Source: Vicugna vicugna (Eukaryota). Taken from it: a stretch of DNA of 64,000 nt. Position 1 is the stretch's first letter; the number at the start of each line of letters is the position of its first letter. The notes under the pieces were generated by a model, which ran no database searches, was not told where the DNA came from, and worked only from the letters and a program-made list of their open reading frames with translations. Location of the stretch: the NCBI GenBank assembly GCA_013265495.1, contig MU058009.1:1676001-1740000 (forward strand), read 5' to 3'. Positions 48,564 to 59,220 of this stretch are shown here, piece after piece. Both the position numbers and the translations under genes were made by a program.

Positions 48564-48670
48564 GTCAGACAGACCTAACTTCAAGGTTGGCTCCTCCACC
48601 TAGTTCTGTGTCTGCAGGCCAAACCCTCAACTTCTCTGAGCCTCACATCAAATAAGGTAACACATAAAAT
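48564..48670 (+). mobile_element. MIR fragment abutting the CA array
   Basis: Contains agtcagacagacct...ctcaacttctctgagcctca. Confidence 0.55.
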
Positions 48671-48679
48671 GTGTTTCAC

Positions 48680-49950
48680 GTTCATTCAACCAAAATCTAG
48701 CAAGCATCCACTCCCCGCAGGCCGCTGCCGCGGACAGCAAGCACCGCGCAGAATGAAGCCGGCACCAGGCCATGCGCTCAGCGCTGGGGGAGGCAGACAG
48801 GGAACCAGAGTCTGAGTCGCGACCCCCGTGACAGCCGGCTCTGAAGGAGAGGCCTGGCCGCCAGCAGTGAGGGGGGTGGGGACCCTCATCTATCTGGGAC
48901 GGTCCCTGAGGACCTGCTGTTCAGGCCACCACCTGCAGGTGTGAGGGGGCCAGCCTTCAAAAGCAGCAAAGCTCCATCCGCGGCAGAGCGCCTGGGCTGC
49001 TCACCAGGCCGAAGGGGCCTTGAACTCGGGGACCCCGCCCCTCCCCTCCTGGGGGAGCTCGCCCCCCCCCCCGGTGGGGGAGCGGCGCGGGAGCGGGGCC
49101 TCAGGAATCTGCGCGAAAGCACTTGGGGCGGACGCGGCGGACGGGGCGGGCGAGGGGACGCCCGGGCCGGGGGCAGGGGCGCTGCGTGTCCCGTGCGATG
49201 GTCCGAGCAGCGGCACCGCGGAGGTGACATTTGGGCCAAGCCCGCATGGGGGTGAGCGAAGGGAGCGCCGTGTCCGTCCCCTCTGGCTTCTCCTGCGAGG
49301 CCAACAGCAGAGGCAGAGCACGGAGGCGGCGAGGACAGCGGTGGGCCGAGCCGTGGCCTAGCCCGGGCGGCAGTGCAAGGGACACCAAGCGGCAGGACAC
49401 TGGACTGAGCTTCAGAGCAGAGCCAGCAGGACTCGCTGGTGAGCCAGGTATGGGTTGGGAGAAGCAGGTGTGAAGCACGACCCCGAGGGTATCGGCCTCG
49501 GCCCTGGAGGCGGGGAGAAGCCGTCGGGGAGACTGAGCGCCCGGCTGCGGCCATAGGAACTCCGAGATGTCGACTCGGGGAGTTTCCCGTGCGTGTGGAG
49601 TCAGAGGGACTTTGGGCTGGAGCTCTGGACGTGAGGTGGCCAGCCCTAGGTGCTTCTAAAGCCCCGAGACCGGCTGGGTTCGCCAAGGGGGAGAGGAGAC
49701 TTAAAAGGAGAGCCGGCACCCTCCCAAGTCAGGAGGCGGTGGAGACGAGGACGCTCCGAAGGGGCTGCTTGGAGACCAGGGAGGCGGGGGAGCACCCCGA
49801 GCGCGCTGCCCGGGGAGGGAGGAGGGATGATGTCCGCGGAGCTGGGGTGGAAAAGGAAAATGAGGACTGAGAGCTAACGGTCTCCGTTCAGAGTCACCTG
49901 GAGGGATGTGCAAACCCTCATCCCCCAGACGGTTCCCTGTTCTTGGTGGT
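48680..49950 (-). mobile_element. L2 (L2a-like) element, strongly GC-shifted
   Basis: Collinear L2 reverse-complement landmarks are ttcattcaac (48680), gggggaggcagaca, ggaggtgacatttg (49220-49233), ctctggct, gcaggactcgctggtg, gggctggagc and atgaggactgaga (49860-49872). Confidence 0.75.
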
Positions 49951-50500
49951 ACCGTCCCCGCCCCCGCCTGACACTCCTGCCTAGAAGGCCCCCCAGACGC
50001 AGAACAACTGAGGTGAGGCGTCCTCTCGAGGGCACCGCTGAGGGAAGATCTGGTCCCAAAGCTGCAACCAGGCTTCGGCCGCAGACTCAGGAATTCGTGA
50101 ACGCAAAGGGACAAAGTGTGGAACGCGGAACCTCAGGCCGAGGGAAGGGGCGGACGGTGGCGCGCCTGGATGGAAAGGGCGTGGTGAGCAGAGTCTAAAG
50201 ACAGCCCTCCACGCTGGCTCTTCCAGAACAACTTTGAAATTTCCCTCCAACGCCTAAGGACCTCTCAGCTAACGGCAGGGGACACCGTCGGAAGCTCGGC
50301 GTGATCACCGGGAGGGCCGTATCTGAGATGGGGAGGCGCCGAGGGAGCCAGCAGGGCAGCAGCATCTGCCTTCCTGCCCCGCCCCGCGCCGTTTACCGAT
50401 AGGAAGGAGGCGGGCTGGGCCACGCAGAAGAAAGCTAAAGCCCCGGTCTGCGCGCCGCTGAAAAGTGATTCTACAAGACAAGCAGAAGGAGTCCAGACCG
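48710..50500. promoter_or_regulatory. CpG-island-like segment with GC boxes (right flank of the CA-rich array)
   Basis: CpG is dense, with GGGGCGG boxes at 49125-49131 and 49143-49150. Confidence 0.75.
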
Positions 50501-50739
50501 AGATCTAAGAAGATCCAGATGCTGGCGCAGGGGCCCGTCCCTGGGGTGTGACAGCTCCCGGGGAGAGGGGCCTGGCTGCACACCCCCCACCCCCAGCTCA
50601 GACCCAGGGAAGAGGAGGGGATGTGTCTAACCCGATCTCCCCAATCCCGGCTGCTTCTTCCCTGCACCCCCAGAGGCATGGTCCAGACTCTGTAGAATGT
50701 GCAGAATCAGACAGGAGGGCTTCGGTGCAGGACTAGTAA

Positions 50740-50950
50740 TTGACATGAGGAATGCGCCTCCAGCCCGAGACCAGGTGCTTTCAATATCTTAACAGATTCC
50801 ATCCTCACACGCGTTCTATGAAGTAATTTCTATTATGTCTTCATTTGACAAATGAGAAAACGAGGCTCAGAAAGATGAACTAACTTTTCCAAGGTTGCCC
50901 AGCTAAGAAACGGCCACTCTGCAGTTCGCGTCCAGCCCCTGCTATTTCCA
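50740..50950 (-). mobile_element. MIR SINE
   Basis: Contains catttgacaaatgagaaaacgaggctcagaaagatgaactaacttttccaaggttgcccagcta. Confidence 0.8.
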
Positions 50951-52619
50951 GATACCCCCAGGCTTACTAACTTAGGCCACGGAGCCCAGCTTCCCTATTA
51001 ATCAGGGGAGAAAGATCACTTAAACTTTACATGCAATTTTCCTACTCAAAATATTTTGCACCAAGTGAGAAAGGGGTTTAACAAGCTAGGTAGCACCTAC
51101 CAAAAAGCACAGTCCAGATGTCTCTGGGTCTGCTCAACTCTTCATCCTCCCTTCTCCCGAAAAAGAAAAGTAAATTGCCTAGTTCCATCTCCCATGAGTT
51201 CGACAGAACAAAGACAAGAGGACAAAAGCTGGAAGAGAGAGAGTGACAGGCACAGAACTGCGGCAAATCAGCTTGACCCGTATCAGAAAGGTGATAATTG
51301 AAACAAGATCTTTCCACGTGCCTGGAAAAGATGCACTGCCCTAGGAGAGAGGGTCTGTTTCCTCTCTTGGGACCATTTGTCATCCCACAGGACAGATGGG
51401 ACAGAAACACCAGGAGGTGAGGAAAGAGCCAGAGAAGAGAAAGGAAAGGAGCGCTGGTGAGTAAGGAGAGAGAGAGATAAAGGACTGGGCACGCTTACTT
51501 CTACGATCTCTTCTGACCTGCCAAGTCCATGAGACCTAGTGATCTGGGGGGATGACCCAGAACCTCGGCTTTCATTGGGAAAGCCAAGTGAAAAAGAGAA
51601 GGAAAGTGTCAAGGGTTTCAAACCTCTTGATAAACAGGAGCCAAAGACTGACAAAGACCAGCAGAGAGAGAACTTGGAAAGCAGAGAACTGGGATGGGAA
51701 TACATGACAGTGGGTCAAAGAGGAGCTAAGAAAGAAAAGGCACCGAAAGACAGAGCACTTGGTGGGGTGGAGGTGGGAAAGCAAGATGAATCTGATCACC
51801 TTGCTCTTATCCTACCTTGATCTTCAGGTCAAAAGCAGGGGCCACACAGTTCCCTACCCTGAGCCCTGTCGCTCCTTCCTGGCCCTCAGATCCACCTGAA
51901 ATCCACAGCTTGGTGACCTCTTGGGGGGGTCTGTGTCCCCCGATAGATTGTGAGCTTGGTGAGAATAGGAGGGGTGGTGGGCACTCAGTTAGCACTAGTT
52001 GGATGGATGGACAGATGGATGGATGGATAGACAGATAAACGAATGCACGGTGGAGCTTTTTTGCCCGACATGACGGTCCTCAGCAGTTATGTCTCAGATA
52101 CCAACCCCATGCCCTGGGCACCGAGTTGCCTTTCCCAGGGCTGTAATCCTGCTGGGGGTGACTGCTTCTTTCTCCTTCATGATCTCTGGCTCTGCCTCTC
52201 CCCATGCTGATTGTGGGGAGCCTCCCGCAGAGCAGGAGACAGAAAGGAAGCTGGCCCGGAGATGCAACTGGAGGATTGGCAGAGGCGTTGTCTTTTGTGT
52301 TCGTTCATCTGCCAGCCTCCCATCTGTGCCAGGGCTGGGGGAGGTGGGGGGGAGTGAGGAGCTTTGCCATGGATGTTAGAGGAGTGGAGAATTGGAGCCA
52401 GAGACTGACTTTCTGTCGCAAGGAATGAGAGAAAATGCAGGAAGGCAAGGATGTCTTCCCCAAGCTGACTTTTGGACAACACAAAGCAAAAGGCAAGCAA
52501 CCAACAGAGTGTTTGGAAGGCAGAATCCCTGGGTCCTGCACCAACCAGCCCCTCGCTCCCAAGTCAAATCCAAAGCCCATCTCCTGTAGTTTTTCAACCA
52601 GTAACTTCTGTTCTGAGCC

Positions 52620-53870
52620 AGACGCCGTGGGTTCCCAGTGCTAGGAACAGAGCAGAGCATAGTATCAGCTAGGATCCTGTCCAAATGGTGCAAACGGCCA
52701 CTGGGGGAAAGTGGGTAAACAGGGGACTAACCACGTGATCACACGTGTGCTGAGTGCTGTGAAAAAAAAAAGTATAGGATGCTCTGAGAGTAAATGAGGG
52801 AGCTCGGACCCCCAGGAAGTGACTTCTAGTGCTCCCCCGGGAAGGGGAGGATGAGTCAAGGTGACCCAGGCAAAGACGGAGGGTGGGAAGGCAGGGTGGG
52901 AAGGCCCCAGAGGGAGGCAGCCTGGCCAGCTGGAGAGAAGCTGGGATGGTTCCAGCAACGTGAGTAAGAATGTGCCCTGGGAGGCTCCACTGAGGATGGG
53001 AAATAGAAAGGCTGGGGACTTGGAGACACTCCTGCTTGTAGCATCAAGGCCCTGGATGTTGAAATTAGTCCAAATCAATAGACCCGCAGATATGTTAAGT
53101 CGAGGCCTGAAGCCCTCCCTGAGACTGGGGCTCAGGGACAATGTGGGTCAGCCCTAGGGGACAGACACTGTGCCCTAGGAGAGGCAGGGCTGGACAGGGA
53201 GTTGAGCTCCACAGAGCCAGGGCCCAGGGCCTCCCAGCCAGTGGCCAGGGAGCAGCCTGTGTGGCACCAGGGCCTGGGCCAGGCATCAGGATAATCTGTG
53301 TATAAACAGCACTAAGCTGTGCGTTGCAGGCTGGAGAGACTGCAAGGACTCAGAAGGGTCCTTAGGCTCAAATAACTAGTGGATCTCGGAGAAGGAAGTA
53401 GAGAAGGTTGGACTTGACAACTAAAGGCCGGGCAAGGCTGGGAGAGTCCAAAAGAGTGGGGAGCATTTCCAGGGGAGGGGGACCTGAAGGAGGTCTGCAC
53501 CCCAACAGGGGAGGGAGGCCTGACCAGGAGGGATGGGTTAGACCGGCAGGATACCCAGCCAGGAGGCCTTTTGGCTTCTGGTCAGAGGATTTCCATGAGG
53601 GTCCACGGGAGCATGGAGCATTTTGAAAGGTGGGCATTAGACTAATGCAGGTGGAGACAGGGGAGGAGAGAGAAGCCACTTAGATGCTATCTAGGCCCTA
53701 GCAGGACGGGACAAAGAGGGCCACAGCAGGTGCGATCTGGCGCAGGTGTGCATCGTGCTCCGACCTGTACTCTTAGATGTGGAGTCTGAGTGACCGTGAC
53801 CAAAGGAAGAGGGGGATGGGGAACAGGTGGGGGAGGGGAACTTTAACTGGCGACATTTTAAATTTTATCA
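52620..53870 (-). mobile_element. Degraded L2 fragments
   Basis: tgagtgctgtgaaaaaaaaaagtataggatgct, agcatttccaggggagggg and ggggaacaggtggggg...gacattttaaattt resemble reverse-complement L2. Confidence 0.45.
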
Positions 53871-55385
53871 AAGACAGTTTCAACCTAAGTCAATGATTGC
53901 CAAAATTTTTTTTAAACAGCCCACAAAATCTTAGGAGGGAACCTAATACATGAACTAGAGGAAAGGGAGATGAACTGATAGAAACTGGGGAGGGGGGCCG
54001 TGAGCCCTAGCCCTCCAGAACCCCACCTCCTACCCCTCAGATCCTGAGGACACCCCAGAGGAACGTGGGTACCCACTACAGTAAGCTGCTGAAAATACTG
54101 ACCAAACTCGGGTGAGAGACTGGGAGTCAGAGACGATGACCCGGGTCCCCAGCACGGAACTGTAACTAAGACATTCAGGACATCGCTGAGGAAGCTGGAG
54201 CCGGGTGCTGAGTTATGGGATGCCCTCACTTAGAGCCAAGAGAGCAGAGGGAACCCGAGCCAAGCTTCCAGCCTGTGTCTCCGTTACAGGTCGGTGCAGT
54301 GGACACGTCTTCCCTCCAGGACACTTCTTTCTCCGCTCTTCTCTCAGATTGAAGGCTCTGACTCCATCTCTCCATCTCCTTGTGAGGTCTCCTGTAAAAC
54401 TCACACCTCCTACCCTTTCTCCTCTTTCTCGCCTCCGCCACCACCCTGGCTCCACTGGTACCCCTCCCTCTCCTGTCCCCACTACCCCCACCCTTCACTG
54501 GGGTCTTTTTGGTCATGGTTTATTTTTAGCCCCTCTGCCATCCTGAGGATGTGAATATTCCTGAGTCATGGTTTTGCAAGGAAATAGGGACAGACAGCTC
54601 CCTCCCCATCTCTGAAGATCGCTTATCAACCTCTAGCCAGACCCGCAGAGGCGAGAGCTTAATCTGCCAGTTCCTCTTCTGGTTAGAGCCCCCCACTCAG
54701 CCTCTTAGTCAGAGAAGCAGCTGCTTCTGCTAGTCCCAGGGAAGCAGCTTGAGCTAAACTCATTAGACCCACGTCGCATCCTCTGCAGAGCCAATTTCAG
54801 GAAAAGGGACCATGCGGGAGCCTCTGCTGCCTGTGGGACTGAAAGCAGAGACAAAGCCTGTTTGGAGAAGGAACAAGGTGAAATTGATTCTAAACAGGCC
54901 TGAATTAGACTTCAGAGACGTGGGTTTTAGGGCCCTGAGTAGCCTGTCAATTCTACTCAACAAGTGTCTGCAGAGTCCCTCCTCTGTGAGAAGTATGTTC
55001 GAGGCGCTAGGCTTACCTGGGTAACGAGGCAGTTACACATGCTAGGTGCTAAGAAGGGCGCCTGTCTGTTACTGATCAATTTCCACATGCAATGCAATAT
55101 ACAAGACCCTCCCCCTACAGCCAACAAGTCAGGATTTAAAATCTTCATCATGTCACCCCAATCCCAGCCATCTCCACTTCCCCACTCTGCCTCCCTGGAC
55201 CTCTTCCAGCCCCAAGCGTTACCTGTCCTCATGCAGAAAAATCACAATCAGGTCATAACCAGGGTCTCAGGCAGTGTGACGGTTCAGGCAGCAGGAGCTC
55301 ACAGCGATTAGGGACTTCACCCTCTGGACAGTGACCAAGCAGATGCCATGTGTGACTGGCAATGGAGGCAACTGGTTAAACATCT

Positions 55386-55499
55386 TTTTTTTTTTGGTGG
55401 GGGGAGGGAATTCAGTTTGTTTATTTGTTTTTAATGGTGGTACTGGGCATTGCCCCCGGGACCTCATGCATGCAGCACTGAAATGTTACCCTTCACCCC
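55386..55499 (-). mobile_element. Camelid-type tRNA-derived SINE (degenerate)
   Basis: tttgtttatttgtttttaatggtggtactggg...ggacctcatgcatgc parallels the copy at 606-723. TSD is ggttaaacatct (55374-55385) / ggttacacatct (55500-55511). Confidence 0.8.
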
Positions 55500-57556
55500 G
55501 GTTACACATCTAAACACAGAACATCCCCAGCTGGCCAAACTCCCCAAGTCGGGAAGAAAGAAATCGTGTTTCTGTGACACTGTTCCACCAAATTCTGCAA
55601 CCCAAACATCTATGATGGCGCCATACAGGGTCACATGTGAACGGATTATTAATTATAACATTATTGGATTGAGCCTCAGAGACCCAACTTCTCCCCAGCC
55701 ATTTACTCCCCCCACCTCCTTTTCTCAGCCCCACTCCTTTCCCTTCAACCCAACACACATATACCTTTGGCTGCAGCTTGAGAACCTCTGCTTGCCTTTT
55801 AGATGCTTTGGGATTTCCCAACAGAAAATGTAAAGTGGTGTGTAAATCACATGGCCGGGTGAGAGGTGGGAAAGAGAAACAAGCCCTGAATCCACTCCGT
55901 GGCTGGTTTCTTCCAGATGGACGCGGGCCTTCCCAGGGGTGTTGCTCTAAGAGGGGCTGATCTGCTGACCCTGGTGCAAGTCCTAGGGCCCAGCGGATCC
56001 CTGTAGGATATTAGTCACTCTATAAAACCTCCAGGCCAGTTTCCCAGGCTGTGGGGGCCTATAGGCAATTTCCCACCGGGTCTCAGAGCCTGAGAACCTA
56101 TGTATCGCACTGCTTGGCGGTGGGTCCGAATTGCATCAGATGTGATTTGTTTCTTAAAACATGACTTAGCAAATGTCCCCAGACAAATTGTCAACTTTCT
56201 CAACTTCTCTCACAGAGGGAGCTGCGGGACCCACCCGGTTACCCTTCTCCAGGCCACAAAGCACATGGGAGCCTGGAGGAGTCCAGAGTCCTCACCATGG
56301 GCTTGTTTCCAAGACGGCTCACCCCAGGGAGCCCCAGAGGTGGCCTTGGGGCGGAGAAGGTGACAGCAAAGAGCTAGGCGGAAAAGCTGCTCCCAGGTGC
56401 CTCTGAGAGGACCCCGAGGGCAGGGAGCAGTCCTCAAAGATGACCCAGCATGAATGCCTCCCAGAGCCTCCCTTTCTTGGGTTTCCTGGGTCTTGGCTCA
56501 AACTCCTCCCTTTCCTCCCCAGCAACCAGTTTCATCTTTGGAGTCCTTTCCACATTCTAACATGACTCTGCAGCTGATAATCAGACAGAGAGAAGGTGCC
56601 AGGGACATTTCATCAATAATCAGCCAGGGAACACAGTGATTTGTTCTTCATTCATCTCTCAGCCCTCTGGGTTGCTTATTCTACAGAAAGGAATTCTGAT
56701 GGAGAAGAGGGAGAGAGGTCAGAAAGAAGAGAGGAAGGAGCAGAGCACGCAGACCTGCAGCAGATGAGGAGGGGAATGCTCTGCAGCCAGGGGTCCGGGG
56801 AACGCGTCGTGACCTGACCCACTCCGACGTACCTCAGACGCAGCCCTCGTGTCTTACACAGCATTCTTGTCTTGCAGTGAACACGGTCAGATGTGCTGCG
56901 GGGACGACTCCCCAGGCTCCTTCCTTTCTTCTGCCCCAATCATCAGCAGCCTGGGTCCTTGTGTCTGTGTCTTCAGCTAACCCCAAAATAACATGAACAG
57001 CTTGAGATGAAGTTAAAAGCACTGCTCCGAAAAAAGAAATACTGGTATTTTTCCAGTATCTTCCCTCCTGATAATGAAATGTATGAATGCATCACTTTGC
57101 TCTGAGGCTACAGGCTCACCAGATAACACACAGGCGTGGATAGAGTCCAGAACTTGGGGCCTGACTCTGTTGCACCTGCAGAGCCAGTGTGTCTTCAAAT
57201 CCCTGGGAGGGTCTCGCTTCCTGCCATCACCCGAGAAGCCCAGGTGTGGCTCGGAACGGAGGGTGAGGGCAGGAAGAGAAATCTAGACATCTGGAAGGGG
57301 ACAAAAACAGACCTGACTTGCCAGGTTTTGCACCCACTTTCTGAGAGCTAATGAGGTCTGCACCTCTGGGCTCGGGGCTGACTGACACTGGCCTGGGCGG
57401 CTTCCTGTTTTTGAAGAGAAGAGGTGGGTAGAAGTTGAGAGAAATGTTCTGGGCGCCAGAACAGTCCCTGCCTGGCTTCAGCATAACCAGGGCTGGTGCA
57501 GTGAGACAGAATTACCCCCGACAAGGCATTTTTAAAACCAGACGTTTTTAGATCCA

Positions 57557-57741
57557 GAAGGGATAAACTGGGAGTTTGGGATTTGCAGATACACAACACT
57601 ACTATATATAAAATAGATAAACCACACATTTACACTGTACGGCACAGGGAGCTCTATATTCAATATCTTGTAGTACCCGAGAATGAAAAAGAATATGAGA
57701 ACAATAAATAAATATATGAATAATAAAAAAAAAATAAAAAC
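57557..57741 (+). mobile_element. L1 3' UTR fragment
   Basis: ggataaactgggagtttgggatttgcagat...tatattcaatatcttgtagta aligns by eye with ~8614-8760. Confidence 0.85.
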
Positions 57742-58035
57742 TAGGCAGATGGTATGCTTCCGGAGGGGAGGATGCCAAGGCAGGGCCAGGCTCTGGGGCC
57801 TCAGGGAGGTCACAGCTGACCTGCTTCTGTCCCATCTTCTCAGCACAAGGAAGCCGAGCTAAAAGAGGGTGACAGAGTCAGAGACACCCGCATGCTGCTG
57901 GGAGCTGGCTTTCTCACTGCCAAGTTCTGCAGTTAATCACAGGAGAGGACGGAAGGGCAGGGGGGAGGGGGGCTCCTGAGCAGAAGCCAGGGGACTGAAG
58001 TGCACCACTGGGTCGGCAGAACCTCAGTCCTATTG

Positions 58036-58439
58036 GGTGTCATTTATTTAGATCCCATATATAAGTGATACCATATGATATTTGTCTTTCCCTGTTACAT
58101 ATTTGCTTACATACTTTGTATGATCATCTCTAGGCCCATCCATGTTGCCGCAAATGGCATTATGTCATTCTTTTTTATGGCTGAGTAGTAGTCCATTGTA
58201 TAAATATACTATAACTTCTTTATCCAGTCATCTATTGATGGACATTTAGGTTGCTTCCATGTCTTGGCTACTGTAAATAGTGCTGCTGTGAACATTGGGG
58301 GGTGTGTATCTTTTCAAATTAGAGTTCCCTCCAAATGTATGCCCAGGAGTGGGATTGCTGGATCATATGGTAAGTCTATTTTTAGTTTTTTGAGGACTCT
58401 CCAGACTGTTTTCCATAAGGGCTGCACCGAACAGCGTAA
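58036..58439 (-). mobile_element. L1 ORF2-end fragment
   Basis: The reverse complement aligns by eye with ~8176-8530 (ccatgtcttggcta, gcccaggagtgggattgctggatcatatggtaagtctatttttagtttttt). Confidence 0.9.
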
Positions 58440-59029
58440 CTAAGCTTCTTAAGAACATGACCTGCCTCTTATAATTCTGTTCTTCCTAGCGCCTTGTATA
58501 CGGCAGGGGGCCGTCTGTCCCCTCCCTCACCGACTGCTGTTTCCCCCCAACTCCGTTTTCATAATTGTTTCCACCTTACACTCGGCGCTCCCTGGTCTCC
58601 ACGTAGTTCCCTGGACACCACAGTTTCCAGACCCACCGTTGCCAGCCCCCAGTTTAAAAATACGAAACCCTGGTTTTAACTCAGCCATCTAGACTAACCG
58701 CGGCCGACTCCCCCCAGGGGTGAATTTCTTTGACCGGGAAAGCGCAATAAAGTCAGGGTGGGGTAGGAAGGGTGGGAAGGCTGTCACCGTCCCCTGATCT
58801 CACTTTCTCGCCATGCCGAGTATGGCGGGTGTTTTCTGAAGAACTTGATCTGCACGTAGCAACCATGCTGAAGACTTCACGCTAACGTTTGCATTTCCAT
58901 CTCACCCTCGGGGATGGAGACGCAAAGTCAAGGGCTCACAAAGAGCTGCCGGGAGGCTCGCCTGGGGCCAGGTCCTCTCAGCCCGGGAGCTGCTGTGCGG
59001 GCTCCAAGGTGGGGCACCAACAAAAACCC

Positions 59030-59220
59030 AGGCTTTGGGCTTGGAGAGACCTGAGTATGAACTGCCCCTCTGCTGACTGTGCGACCTTGGAAAAGTCACT
59101 GAAACTCACTAAGCTTATCTCATGTGAAAATCACATCTAACTCACAGGGTGGGGGTGATATTGAAGTGAGATAACAGACAGAATGTCAGTGTGTCGGTAA
59201 CTTGGTGGGGAAGATATTTG
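59030..59220 (+). mobile_element. MIR SINE
   Basis: Contains gactgtgcgaccttggaaaagtcactgaaactc...ctcatgtgaaaat...ctcacagggt. Confidence 0.65.

Noticed and set aside
47020..48603. Long His/Thr-rich (up to 397 aa) and Cys/Val-rich ORFs
   Set aside because: They are translations of the CA/TG low-complexity array, which lacks stop codons, and they occur in nearly all frames on both strands.
48886..50250. 277-aa and other ORFs in the right CpG-rich block
   Set aside because: GC-rich artefact on L2-derived sequence, with no recognisable protein.
51539..51820. Lys/Glu-rich 93-aa ORF
   Set aside because: It reflects purine-rich, probably repeat-derived sequence and has no ATG start.
58756..58776. 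Canonical G-quadruplex motif (also G-runs at 13561-13600)
   Set aside because: Such motifs are frequent in GC-rich mammalian DNA and there is no additional evidence of function.
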